Of a stretch of DNA of 64,000 bases, positions 24,401-36,200 are shown in pieces. A program made the position numbers and the translations under genes. Positions within the stretch are counted from its first letter, which is position 1; each line of letters opens with the position of its first letter. Below the pieces are notes generated by a model. It saw only the letters and a list, made by a program, of their open reading frames with translations. It was not told the origin of the DNA and ran no database searches. This stretch comes from Raillietiella orientalis (Eukaryota): positions 3,286,001 to 3,350,000 of the forward strand of contig JAYWIR010000003.1 in assembly GCA_036172245.1 (NCBI GenBank). Reading direction: 5' to 3'.

Positions 24401-24808
24401 GGCTCCTTGTTCAGAGATTTGGGCTCGCCGTCATCTCGTTTCTTGAGGGTTCAATGTGTCCTTCGCGATTCAGCGCTGAGCGTTCGCCTCTCTGAGGCAG
24501 CGTCAGACATACGGGCGGGAGATGAGCACCGGCGCCTGACCTATTCCACGTAGCCTCTAGCATCCACCTGACTAGCTCCTTTCTATCCCGAAGCAAAGGC
24601 GCGAGGCCAGCAACCGCATGTGCTTCTTACCATACGTTTCAAGGGCGCATGCCTCTCCACCGGCGAATAGCGCATCCTGCGCCCATGGCAACGGAGCTCC
24701 AGGCAGCTACGTTTCCAGCATGGCAATGCACCAGCTCAAATGGCTACCTCGGTGGTGGAGGTCGCGGTGGGAATTCTCTTGTTCTTTCTTCCATTCCACC
24801 CGGGATTT

Positions 24809-24974
24809 CGCTCGAAGGGCTTCTTTGCACCGTAACGCTGTCGGCATCTCGTTCACCGAATCTGCGTGGCGCGAATCCGCGAAACCGGAACGCGTGAGGG
24901 TCATGTCACGAGGGTCACAGGACGTCCAGGTATCCCCTCGCCTCTTAGACGGTGATTCGGTTTCACGACCAGTT
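24809..24974. repeat. 166-bp direct repeat, copy 1
   Basis: Differs from 26210-26375 by 3 substitutions. Confidence 0.95.
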
Positions 24975-26209
24975 CCTCTGGAGCCTTGCAACGGCGTGCG
25001 GCCGATTCTTCCGTATCCAGAGCGTTGGGCTTACCTGCGTATCACAGTTTTTTTTTTTTTTTGTGGTGTTTTTCTCATTGAGCAGCGTGCGTTGCACGTT
25101 CTTGATGAGAACCCATCGCCCTACGAGTTGGCTCGAAAATTCTGTCGACGTACGTTGTGATTCTTAGAGATGGCTCCCATCAACATAGCTGGAGACCGAT
25201 GGAAAGGAAAGCAGGAATCCTTTCGATTGCTGCTGTGGCTCATCCAGAAACGTCCCGGACTGCTTGCTGGTTCATTTACATGGGTTTCCGGGAGGAGTTT
25301 TTTTTTTTTTTTTTTGCTCATCTGCGGTGCACGCTGGCACAGGTTTGGACACCTCGATTTACCGCCGTGAGTCGCTGCTTGCGAACGTGGCAGCATGAAA
25401 AAGTACGCACGGAGCTATTTTTTTCATTCGTGGAGGAAAAAGTCATCAGTACAGCTGAGCACGTTCTGTCAAGGTAGGAAACTGAGATCAGTCACGGTCG
25501 CGGTTTTTGCGGAAGGCTCGCCAGCATCCCTGCAGCCTCCGATGTCTCGATGGATTCGGCCGTCGTTGGTAGAAGCCAAGTCAGCTAAAAGAAAAAAAGA
25601 AAAAAAAAGCAGTCTCCTGGAAAGTTATCTATCATGCGTCGTTCCCGAGCTGCGCCGAGGGAGAAGGCGCGAGGGAACTGGCAGCAGCAGCGACAGAGCC
25701 CATGGCAAAGGAATGAGGGGATCGCGAATGGCGTTAACACACCAGGAAGAAGCCTTCGCTTCGAGTTCACGGGAGAGAACGCATCTGAGGCGGTCCGATG
25801 AGGCGACTGAACTCTCCAAACCTGCCGTCTCCCGAATCACTCTCCCTCTCCCTACCCTCAGCTCGCTTTGAACATCTGTCTGCACGACCGAACGTCCTGC
25901 CGAAAGACACTTCTGTTCCTCTCCAGTCGCTCAGCTGCCCGTTCGTCTCTTCAGAGATTCGCTGCCGCTCAACGCGGCGGGCTTCTGTCTTCACTTGTAC
26001 GAGACCTTCCAGTCCGCAAACACACCAGGAAAGAGTGGCGACCAGGGGTCCTAGTCTGCCTCTGCAAGAGAACCTCGGAATGGCGAGCAGCACTTCCGCG
26101 GGGACACTTTTTCCTGCTTGGTGGATTCCTCCTTTCCAGCTGGCGGCTCAGGAGCGCTCCGCCCGGCGACAACCCGGTCTCCCTCATGCCTCCCGACCTG
26201 CGCCTCTCG

Positions 26210-26375
26210 CGCTCGAAGGGCTTCTTTGCACCGTAACGCTGTAGGCATCTCGTTCACCGAATCTGCGTGGCGCGAATCCGCGAAACTGGAACGCGTGAAG
26301 GTCATGTCACGAGGGTCACAGGACGTCCAGGTATCCCCTCGCCTCTTAGACGGTGATTCGGTTTCACGACCAGTT
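26210..26375. repeat. 166-bp direct repeat, copy 2
   Basis: Differs from 24809-24974 by 3 substitutions. Confidence 0.95.
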
Positions 26376-27879
26376 ACCTGCCAACGGGAGGGACGAAAGA
26401 CTGCACTGACGAAGCTCCTGCGGCTGCGACGAAGCGCCGCCTCGGGTGCGGCCACATCCTCCGCTGAGTTCCCACGCCGCCGTGCCCGTGCCCACAGGGT
26501 CCGGCGCTAGTCCTCGACCGCCGCTCGGCTTTCATCTTGGCATCGCCGTGGAGAGACGCTCCCGCCAACCTAGCGGCGCCCTCGCCCTCGACCCCTTGTC
26601 TACCTTCCGCGGGTCGTGTACTGGACCCTCTCCTTCCGCGCTCCAGAGGGCGTGGGCGACGGCGACAAGTGCATTTTCCGGAGGAACCTCGCCTGGCTCC
26701 CCTTCCCGCCTTCCAGGAGCGCGGGGTGGCAGCAGCGGGAGGCAGTGGAGGGACTGCGATGCAGACGGGAACGGTTCGTTCGGGAGAAGCGGTCCAAAGG
26801 GACTAGGGCGCAGGGGTCCCTTCGGGCTCACATCGCTGCTGCCGGATGCGAGTTGTGGGAGAGGGGAGCAGAGGAGAGGGGGGAGCGAGGGGAAGAAAAC
26901 GGATCACTCTGGTCCTCGCGTCTCCCTCTTCCTCCTCCTCCTCCCTTCTTTATCGTCCTCTTCCTCTCCCACCGTTCCTCCCTCCCCTCGCTTCCTCCTG
27001 GAGAAGGCTCCGATCGTCGCAGTCTGTTGAACAAAGGGGGTGGTGAGATGTTCCAAGGACACGCACCCGGGACGCATCTCGGATCGTTGGCCAGGAGGAG
27101 CAGCGCTCACTGAGCTTCCCGCGGGAAGGCGGGATCGCAGAGGATCTTCCCCGAGCCCGTCGTCACGCGCCTCCCCTTCTCGTGTCTTCTGCGAGGTAGG
27201 GTGCGTCCTGCTGGGGTGGGTCCGCGCAGATGCGCTCGCCGGGTCCCTCCGTGTTCGAAGCTGACCCGCTCTCCTAGCGGAGGGGCAGCTGCTTGACCGC
27301 CCGCGGTGGAGTCGCCGTCCCTTCTCCGTCGCGAGTCCCCTCCGAAGTTCGAAGGAACCGCCCAGGCGTCTTCCAGGTGGTCTGCGGCACGGCAATTCGT
27401 CCGAGCTGCCTCTTCCCGAAAGGTTCCCTTGGAAGGTTCCCTCCCGCGGGCTGTTCCCGTCCTGCACGCTCCCCCTTTTTTGCCCTCTACGGACGGGGTA
27501 ACGCCAGAGCGAGAGGTGGAGAGACGGGGGTTCCCCGGCTCGCCGGCGAGGAACAGGGCCCGGGAGCAGGACCCGGAGAGGCGATCCGCCCGGGCAGCGC
27601 GCCTCCTTGAGGCCTTCCGCCAACCGGGTCCACCGAGCGTCCGATGCCAGTTCGATCGGGCAGTCGCCTAGGCAACGCCGGAAAGAACGCGTGTACGTGG
27701 GAGGAAAAAAAGGGTGGAAAGAAGGGACCTTTTTCCTTCCCGGGGCCGCTCTAACCCTCACGACTCCGCCGGGACTCCGAGAGCAGCCTCAGGGTAAAAC
27801 AAAAAGATCACTCTGCGTGTTCGGCGGAGGCATCCCGCTCAGCCTATGGAACCGGCACCTCTCCCGTCAGAAACGACGA

Positions 27880-28480
27880 GGGAGCGGGAAAGGAGAGGAG
27901 GGAAGGGGACATTTTTGGGAAGGGTCAAAGAAGCTCAGAATATCGGAATTGCGAAGGATTCCTCCCGAACACGTCATACCTACCAAAATCTTGTAGGCGA
28001 AGTCTTCGCGCGCCACGATGCGTATATGTCTTTTACTGCTGCTGTAATCAGGCCTTCGCTCTTGGAAGACGGGCTTTCGAGGACCTGTTTCTCTTGACAA
28101 CAGCTCCTAATGGTTTCCGAAAAGGCTGATAGTCTCGGATTTTGAGTCGTCACACCCCATGCTCTCCGCTCACTCGGAAGAGCGCTCTATTTCAAACGAC
28201 CAACTCAAGGATGAATCCTCATTCGTCTTTCATCGGTTCTTCTGTAAGAAACGTTTCGAACGACATCTTCTCTTCAAATTTTCCGGGACTGTCGGCCGTA
28301 AGAGCTCGTGCCTTTTGCTTCTTGTAACTTTGCTTCATCCCAGAAGAGGCGATTCCCTGCCGGAAACTCCAGGAACAGCAACGCATGCAAGTCCGCGTTC
28401 TGTCATGCATTTGGCGTGCCCTCCGCAAAGATTTCTGTGAAATTTCGGTTTGGTCCTCCCTTCGTTCCCGTCTTCCCAAG
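27880..28480 (-). mobile_element. Degenerate LINE ORF2 fragment (pre-RT region)
   Basis: Weak resemblance to the linker and PGxDG region preceding RT. Frameshifted. Confidence 0.35.
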
Positions 28481-28489
28481 TTCGGATCC

Positions 28490-29990
28490 CTCAACGAATT
28501 TGTGTTTCCTGAAAGTGGAGGAAGGGATCTGAGACATCACCGCTTTCTCGCACGCCCTTTTGCCACTTGTGGATCTGATGGGGAGATCCACCCTTCCACG
28601 TCCGGCATATCTGGGACACGGGGGAAGGGGGTGGACTTAAACTGCCCCAGGTGAGGGGAACGTGAATCCCAGCTGCAGCTGCTTGTGGATTGTGTTGCCC
28701 TCTGTCCCCTTTGGGAACGCTTTGCCGCGACCGGAGACAACTCCAAGGACGCTTTACGGCTTCTCCTCCTATGCGACGCACTTCGGCCGGCAGCCTCGCT
28801 AGCAGCTCTCCACCGCCTACGAGGGATCGTCGCTGCCTGGAGCGACGCAAGAGGACACAGCGACAGGGGTGCCACATCCACTTCGCCGTCCGCTTCATGA
28901 GGACCGCAACAAGATGGTCCCACCTGGACAATAACATCCAGCAAGACCTTGCCGGCATCCTCCAAAGGATGCAGAGGACCGCGCCTAGCAGACAGTGGTT
29001 CCTTCCCACTCCTCCTTCCGAATTTGTTTTATTTGTATTTTGTTTCTTTTTCTTTTTGATCGTAAGAGCTGGGTGTAGAGGCGAAAGACGAATGGAACCA
29101 TCTGGTAGCTGCTGGTTTCCACCGAAGTTTCCCTCAGGATAGCTGGCGCTCGCCGAAGTAGGAAAAGAACGGAGTTCATCCGGTAGAGCAAATGAATAGA
29201 GGCCTTGGATCCGAAATGACCTCAACATATTCTCAAACTTTAAATGGGTAAGAAGTTAGGTTTGCTTGAAAGCTGGACCGCTTACCCATTGGGAGACGGA
29301 CTTGCGCTCTCTCCCCCCGACTTCAGCTCGGACTGTCAGATCCATGAGCTCTCGGTGGGCCAATTTTGATAAGCAGAACTGGAGCTGTGGGATGAACCAA
29401 ACGTTGGGTTACGGCGCCTGATGCGACGCTTATCAGATCCCATGAAAGGTGTTGGGTGCTATGGGCAGCGGGACGGTGGCCATGGAAGTCGAAATCCGCT
29501 AAGGAGTGTGTAACGACTCACCTGCCGAAGCAACCGGCCCTGAAGATGGATGGCACTCAAGCGTCGAGTCTGCTCCCAACCGCCGGGACAGAGCCGTTCC
29601 TGCCTTCCGGAAGTCGCCTCGGGCTCCGGCGAGTCGGAGGGTCGCGACGGGGCTCGCAGAAGGGTTTGGGCACGAGCTCTCCTGGAGTCACCTCGGCGCA
29701 GATCTTGGTGGTAATAGCAAATACTCCAGTGAGATCCTGAAGGTCTGATTTGGAAAAGGGTTCCATGGGAACAGTCTTTGAGCATGTCCAGAACAGCCAT
29801 CGGTCCTCAGTCCCCGGTTTGTGTTCCCCTCTGCTGCCACGGTGGACCTCACCGGTCTGTGAACCGGTAACGCAGCAGATGAGAACGGAAAAGGAAGTGC
29901 TTGGACCAGTGGTCCAACCACAAAGATGGTAAATTGTCTTATTGTTTATTTAATTTATGAATAAACGCCCCGGATCACCCGGGTGACAAC
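28490..29990 (+). mobile_element. LINE 3' fragment whose 3' UTR is split by a 28S rRNA fragment
   Basis: LNCPR*GERESQLQLLVDCVALCPLWERF zinc finger and DLAGILQRMQR C-terminus. The T-rich UTR runs to 29057 and resumes at ~29817 (GGACCTCACCGGTCTG). AATAAA 29960, terminal hairpin ~29966-29985. Confidence 0.88.
29058..29810 (+). pseudogene. 28S rRNA: Degenerate 28S (LSU) rRNA fragment, ~750 nt, ending at the start of the D7 region
   Basis: Eukaryotic LSU core strings in order: GGCGAAAGAC..GAACCATCT, CCGAAGTTTCCCTCAGGATAGCTGG, TATTCTCAAACTTTAAATGGGTAAG, AAGCAGAACTGG, GGACGGTGGCCATGGAAGTCG.AATCCGCTAAGGAGTGTGTAAC.ACTCACCTGCCGAA, GATCTTGGTGGTA.TAGCAAATA, AAGGGTTCCATG, TCGGTCCT. It has substitutions in near-invariant positions and no flanking rDNA, so it is non-functional. 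Confidence 0.95.
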
Positions 29991-31149
29991 GCATGCCCCA
30001 ACGTGGAAGATTTCCTTCTCCTTCTCATCTTCCCTTTGTTGTTTTCTAGGCGGGGTTTTTACGTTTCCTCACTTTCGGTTCGAACCACAATGAGACATGG
30101 CCACATTCAGCTGCCTACCCAATGGAAGCGGACGCTGAAGACAATGCAGCTACCTCAGTGCAGAAAGCCTGCCGTGTTCGTCGTCCTCTTGAAAATGATC
30201 CATCGCGGATATTCGAGGAATTTGGCAGACTGGCGCTTAATCGAAGCGATTGAAACTCATCTGTAACCATAAACATCTCTCGTGCACAGTGAAGACTGCT
30301 GATAAAAGGAAAATGATGGATGGTGTGCGTAGATGCATATTCCCCGCAAATCAATTAGGACGAGAGGTATTTATAGGTTGGTTAGAGAGCTTCTTTTGTC
30401 GGTCGTCCACGTTCGTTCGCTTTGCAATTGTCTGCGCCTTCTTGTGATAAGAAAGAGACCCCCAATAGCCCTGTCGCAGGCTTTCTTTGGGATGACTAGG
30501 AAGATGACAGGCATGTTCATTCAGGAGTCGACACCACTGGGGGCAGAAAAGACTTGGCAGATTGAATGGGAGAGGTAGCTGAAGTGCATTCCTGTTGCTG
30601 CCGTTCTCATTGCAAGAATTTGCGTAAACTAAAGGCGAATTTTGTCGAGAGGGAGAAACGTTTCTCCCACCTTAAAGTCTTCTCTTTTTCTTTTAGAGGA
30701 ATCCTCGCTTGAAGTCGACCCTCGTGGACCAGATCCGGTTGTGCGCCAAGTCCGGTTACCACGGTCACAACTCGGAGTGCCGTAAGCACCAATTCACAGA
30801 GAGCAAGAAATCGAAGATATAATTGGGGGAAAGTTAGGGACGTTTCAGATAACCTTGCTGGAGCTCCTTTGCTTTCGTTTGCCGTGTGATTTCCTGGCAG
30901 TTTGTTTGTTTGTTTTTTCCATAGCTTTCTAAACGACAAGACTGAATGTCCCCCTCCTTTTTTTTTTGTCTTTTCTTCTTCTCTTTCCAGTGCGTGGGAG
31001 GAATATGTTCGCGCCGAAGAGCCTGAAAAAGTACAGATAGAACAAGTAGCTCATTTGCATCGCATTTGATGCGCTGATCCCTCCATAACTGTCTCAATTG
31101 TAGGCCATAAACAGCAGGACGGGCGAGGCCGATCACGCGCTCATTTTGA

Positions 31150-32880
31150 TCGATCACGCGCTGCCGTTTCGTAGGATGACGCAACAATGGAGCTCCTTCT
31201 CCCTCCCGAAAATAGGCGATCCGAAATGAATTCTTTGATTTTGCTCGGAATGGCGGAAAGTGATGGGTGCGCTGGTCGATCGGGAGGAGGCGAAGAGCTT
31301 CGAAAGATCAGAGGAAAATTCGGCATCGCCGGTAATGCCGGGAAAAGGAGGTTGCTCTGGAGAGCTCCCGAGTCGATCCGGAAGAATCCAAGGGGTGAGC
31401 TGGGAACCCTTGGTCAGTCTGCAGCCTGTGTCCGATCCCCGTGTTCGGCGTTTCGGGAGAAGAAGAAGAAGAAAACGAGCTCTGTGATCGGCTGCTTCCT
31501 GGAAATCTTTGAAGGCAGTGGGGGGAGCCGGAGGATAATGTGCCTCGCATGTCCAGCAAGAAGGAATGCAGCAACCAAAGGCAGTTCTGTAAAGGTGCGG
31601 AGACGGGGAAGAGAGAGGAAGCTTCGCAGTGGGAGCACCAGGTGGTGCTCGCGTGCCCCCGCGGAGCTTCATTTTCCAAATTCGGCATGTTGAGTGCGTC
31701 CAGACGACAAACCACGGAGGGAGAATTCTGCAGGAGATTCCCATCGTGGTAGGTCAAGACCTCCCATGATCATCGATACCCCTGAGCAAAGTCGGCATTT
31801 TCTTTCGGAGGCTTGAAATCGAATTGATTAGATTTTCTTCTGAACTTTCGGTGCTGTCTCTCACCATCTCTGGAAAGAACGCCAACAGAACATTCAATGG
31901 ATTCTTGATGCTCTCTTGTTTGTTCACATGCTGGTGGAGAAATCGCCTCCAGCAAGCAGCGAGGTCGTCTCAGGAGTATTCCGTGGAGAGTTAAGGACTT
32001 TCCTTCGCGCCTTTCTGGACATTGTGAGGGAGAGATCCTCCCGATTCCCTCTCAGACCCAGGGATCCTCACCATCTCCCTTGCACGCCAGATAATGCCGG
32101 TCCCGGGACGGCTGCCATCTATCGAGGCGACCTTGAAAGCGTGGAGCATCGGTACCTCCGCTCAACAACGCGTTCCTCTCTTCCACCCCTTCCTCCTTTT
32201 CCATCGATCCTGCGGCCCGGGGTGCAGGAGCAGGAGGAATGTGGGTGCCAAGAAGATCCAGTAAATGTGGCTCTGGGAGACGAAACCGGAGCCGATGTAT
32301 ATGGTGAGAGAAACTGAAGGGCGCCTCCCGCCGGTTTCGCCGACCAAGCATCAACAGCAACAGAAGCACATCGCAGCGGTGCTTCAGGTTTCCCGATCAT
32401 GCCCCAGGGCACCTGCTTGAGGAAAGGTTCGCCTTTTCGGGCTTGTGCGCTGCCTGACTGATGCCGATCCTCTGTCCCGTGCGCGCGTCAACGGTGACCT
32501 GCCGGATAGAACGAAAGGTGTGGCCATCATCCTAGGGAGCTATCGCCCGATCTCCATCGTTCTCATGAGTAAGAAGTGCTGTCCCCAACAGCCCAATCAG
32601 GGAGTCTTAGGACGATTGTGGGCAGGACAGCCTGAAAAACCAGCGAGCGCAACCAACCCCCTTCCCTGCCCCGGAGCAGGCCCTCGGAAATCGTTCCCAC
32701 CGCCATGTTTGTCGGCCTTTCCCTCTCTCTGCCTCCCCTCTTCACACGACTCCTGTACGCAGGGAGGTTTGCCGTCGTCCTCTTTCGTTTCGGGTCCGCA
32801 CATGACGGACGAGTCTCTTCCCGCTGCAAAACTTTCGTTTACTTATTTGAAATAAATGGCCCAAGCAATCCGGGATGACG
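31150..32880 (+). mobile_element. Highly decayed LINE ORF2 with 3' tail
   Basis: ESVEHRYLRST resembles RT subdomain 3 (KAFDSVxHxYL). AATAAA plus a degenerate terminal motif at ~32850-32878. Confidence 0.45.
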
Positions 32881-33249
32881 CGATTCAGTATATCCCGGGG
32901 GATCCCGAGGGAAGTCAGTCGGGTGGAAAGTTTCCCCTCGCCTGCTCCCACTTCCCGCGTCGAACACGCGCATTTTCCTGCCCCTCCACCTTGAGGAGGC
33001 GCTCGCACACGGACGCGCCGCACGCGGATGCTTTCCCGCTTCGCTTCCCAGAGACCACCCACCCCTCCTCGCCCCTGGTGCCAGAGAATCCGAAAACGCA
33101 CGCGTTCGGTACCTCCAGAGGAGGTGGCGATCTCTCTCAGGACAGCGTGGAGGGGAGGGAAGGAGGGCCGGGAACGGGTCGTTCTTACAAAGCGAGAGGG
33201 GATACAAGTGGCGGGCCAGGATGGACGCGGCAGAGAGGAACGCAGGGAG

Positions 33250-36200
33250 GCTGTTGATAGTCTTCGACTCGTCCTCTTCCGTTAGAGTGCTTTCGTTGGT
33301 CCCGGACGGCTCCTGCGGGTCTTCCCTGCCGGCGACCCGAGCCGATCCTTTCCACCGTTCCTCCCTTCTCAGCAGTCCTCGACCTCCTCAGGGCGAGGGA
33401 ATCGCGAGCTCTTCTTGCCGGCCTTCCAAGCCGTTCGGCTCGGGCGAACGTCCCGAGTCTCTCTGCTTCGGAAGACCGGGATTTCCTTGATCCGGCCTCG
33501 GCCGCAGGAGTGGAAAAGGGCGCTGGTGCTGCGGCGCCACCCGAAAGTCTTTCTCGGGGGCGCGCTGCAGCTACTCCCGTCCCCAAGATGTGAGACGGCG
33601 GCTTTTTCTCTCAGCAAATCACGCGAAGATGGGAAAGGGAGGCGGAGGGTGCCTCCCTTGTCCCCTGGGGCGGGCGTGCCTTCTTTCTGCGAAAAGAGAG
33701 AGCTGAGGAGCAGGAGCGCCCGGGGCGATCTTCCAGGAGGCTCCCTAGAAGCGGAAGAAGAAAGCCGCGATCCTCTAACCACCTTATCCTTGAGCGCGCT
33801 GGATCTGAGACAACGGCTTGCTGCGCGCGTTGTGCCGTCGCCACCCCGGAAGAGACTCACCTCCCTCCCCCCGTGACTTTCCAGCAGGCGGGTCACGCGG
33901 ACCCCATTCTCCAGGGCGAGACCCGCCCGCCATCCAGACTGCGCGCCTTCACGGGTTCCCGGTAGCTAGGTCTCCCTCTTCGCGCACGGGGAAGAAAGGC
34001 AAAAGGGGGGAAGGGGGCACGCCTGACTCCTCCTCCTGCCCGACGTCCAGGACTCACTGCCGCCACGCGACCTATTCGAGGCTTTTGCGAGGCGAGGCTG
34101 GACTCGGCCTCGTGATCTGATCCGACTCCGCAAGAGAGCTCACCCTCTTGGTGGACGCGTCCGCAGGCAGCTCTTGGAACAGTGCCCTTTCCTGCCACAT
34201 TCGCTCCTCTCCTTCCGTCCCGCTCCCGGGAGTGCGGTCCAGCGTCGAGCATGCGGGAGGTCGTGCCCACCGTCGGCAAAAAAAAGGAAGGGGGGGGGGG
34301 CGGAGACTCGCAGTCAGTGCAGGAGGTTGTTTCGGCCCTGGAGCTCCGGTCCCGACGCTCATACCCTACCGCGATCGCCCCACAGGGAATCCCAGGAAGC
34401 AGCTGCCCCCAGGAGGGGCGTCGAAGGCACGAAACGAGGAAGAAAAGAGAAGAAAGGCGGAATGACCCGCTTCCATTAGAAAAGGCATCCCACCTTGGTT
34501 TCCCACCAGTACTGACCGCCGTCGGCACCGTTCAGCACATCCTCCTCTCTCCTCACCTCTCTGGAACGCACGTTGTGACACCCAACGGGATTTTTTTCTC
34601 CTTTCCTCCCCTCCTCCGGACCCTCATACTGATCCGTGGAACGGTGGTCGCCGTTTTCCTGGTCGTGGGGTTCAGCCGCGGCCCTCCCACCTACTGGACA
34701 CCCTTCCAAGTCTCCAGAGACCCCCACGAGTGCCCACCTCGCGCGAAGAAAGGTGCCCTACGCCCCTGCAGCTCCCTTGCACCGAACAAGCCCTGCGATC
34801 GAAGGTTTCCCCCTCCCTCCCCTAAGGCAATGTCCCTGGTCCCACATTCCCATCCGCTCTCTCCTCGCCTACCCGGATCTGCGTCCTTCCTGAGGCGTCT
34901 CTCCGGCTGCCAGTGGCGGCGCTGCGCTAAGCTCGGGTCGATTTCCACATCCTCACCCGTCCCTTGTCGTTCCGGAGGGATGGGAAGAGAAACTGGGGGG
35001 AAGCCCCCCTGTTTCTCTTCCCCCTCTCTCGACCTGGTCCAGCCCGGGGGGAGTCTCCCTCCCGCGAAGCAGCTCAGGAAGGCAGCAGGGAGTCCGCCGT
35101 CGATCCGAGGACCTGGACCCCTCTTACTCTCCTTCCCTTCCCCCCATGTGCATTCTGGGCCGAACCGATGTCTTCGGCGAGGATCGCGGCGCGGACGCTT
35201 CGGTTCCTTTTGCACGTCAGCACGAGAGCCTCCGCAGCCGGCGGTACGGGAGGGACCTGCCGCGTCTGCGATGGCTGCTCACAGAGCCGGGTCGCCACTG
35301 GCGGCCTTCGGGAAACCTCGGCTTCGCTCCGCCTCTCCACACGAGGGGGTGCGCGCTCTTCCCGGTGGTCGTGCATCCTTGGGAGGAGACCTCGGGACGC
35401 TCTTGGAGCCGGAGGAACCGAGAGAACTCTCCTGGAGGCGGAGAGCAGTGGGCTGCCGGCGGCGGATGACCCGCCCGGGGGCTCGTGTGCACCTTCCCCG
35501 GCAACGCCCTCCTCCGGCTGAGGGCGTCGGCGCGCGGCAGCGCCGCCGAGGGTCCTCTCTGGCACGAAAACGCTCCTCCCTCGCGCGGCTCGCGGCAGCC
35601 GGTGGTCATCCCCCGACCTCGCCTTCTGCGCACGCCCGCATGCTGCTGCAGGCGACGGTGTTCCCTCCCTCTTCTTTCCCCCAGGCGCAAACGGGGATGT
35701 TCCCCGCGCTGCTCTCTCCCTCGTCTCTCCGAGGGCACGGGTCCGGTGCCGGCCGCCGTGCCGACGGCACCGGAGAGCAAGGATGGACGCTCCGTCGCCT
35801 CGGGGGGGGGGGGAGGGGGACAACCCGCTCCTTGCTCGGTTCAGTGGGACGAGTCGCCGTTCGCTCGCGAGCACCGTCATCCTGTGCGGTCAGTCGTCTC
35901 CGCGCACGTCGATCCTCGGAGCCAAGGGACGTGGGAAGAGAGAAGGCGGAGAGGAGTCTAGAATTCTTCCCAGGAGCCTTCCATGGGAAACGCAAGACGG
36001 ACGGACTGCGCGCGCTCCCTGAAAACAGCCGGCAAATAGATGCGTTCGTTCTACTCCCCCCCCCTCCCTCCTCCCTCCCTTCCGCTTCGGGAAGACGGGG
36101 AGCGGACCAGGTTGAAAAATGGAACCGGGAATTCGGAAAGGAAGCGAGGAATTCCGTCCTAACGAGTGGCCGTCGCTCCCTGCGCCAGCCGAGCGCACCA

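Noticed and set aside
24809..26375. 166-bp repeats as LTRs of a TRIM/LTR element
   Set aside because: No TG...CA termini, TSD, primer-binding site or polypurine tract seen.
29058..29810. Functional rDNA locus or R1/R2-type insertion into 28S
   Set aside because: Partial and mutated, with no 18S/5.8S. It does not reach the R1/R2 target region, and both flanks belong to one continuous LINE UTR, so the rRNA is the passenger.
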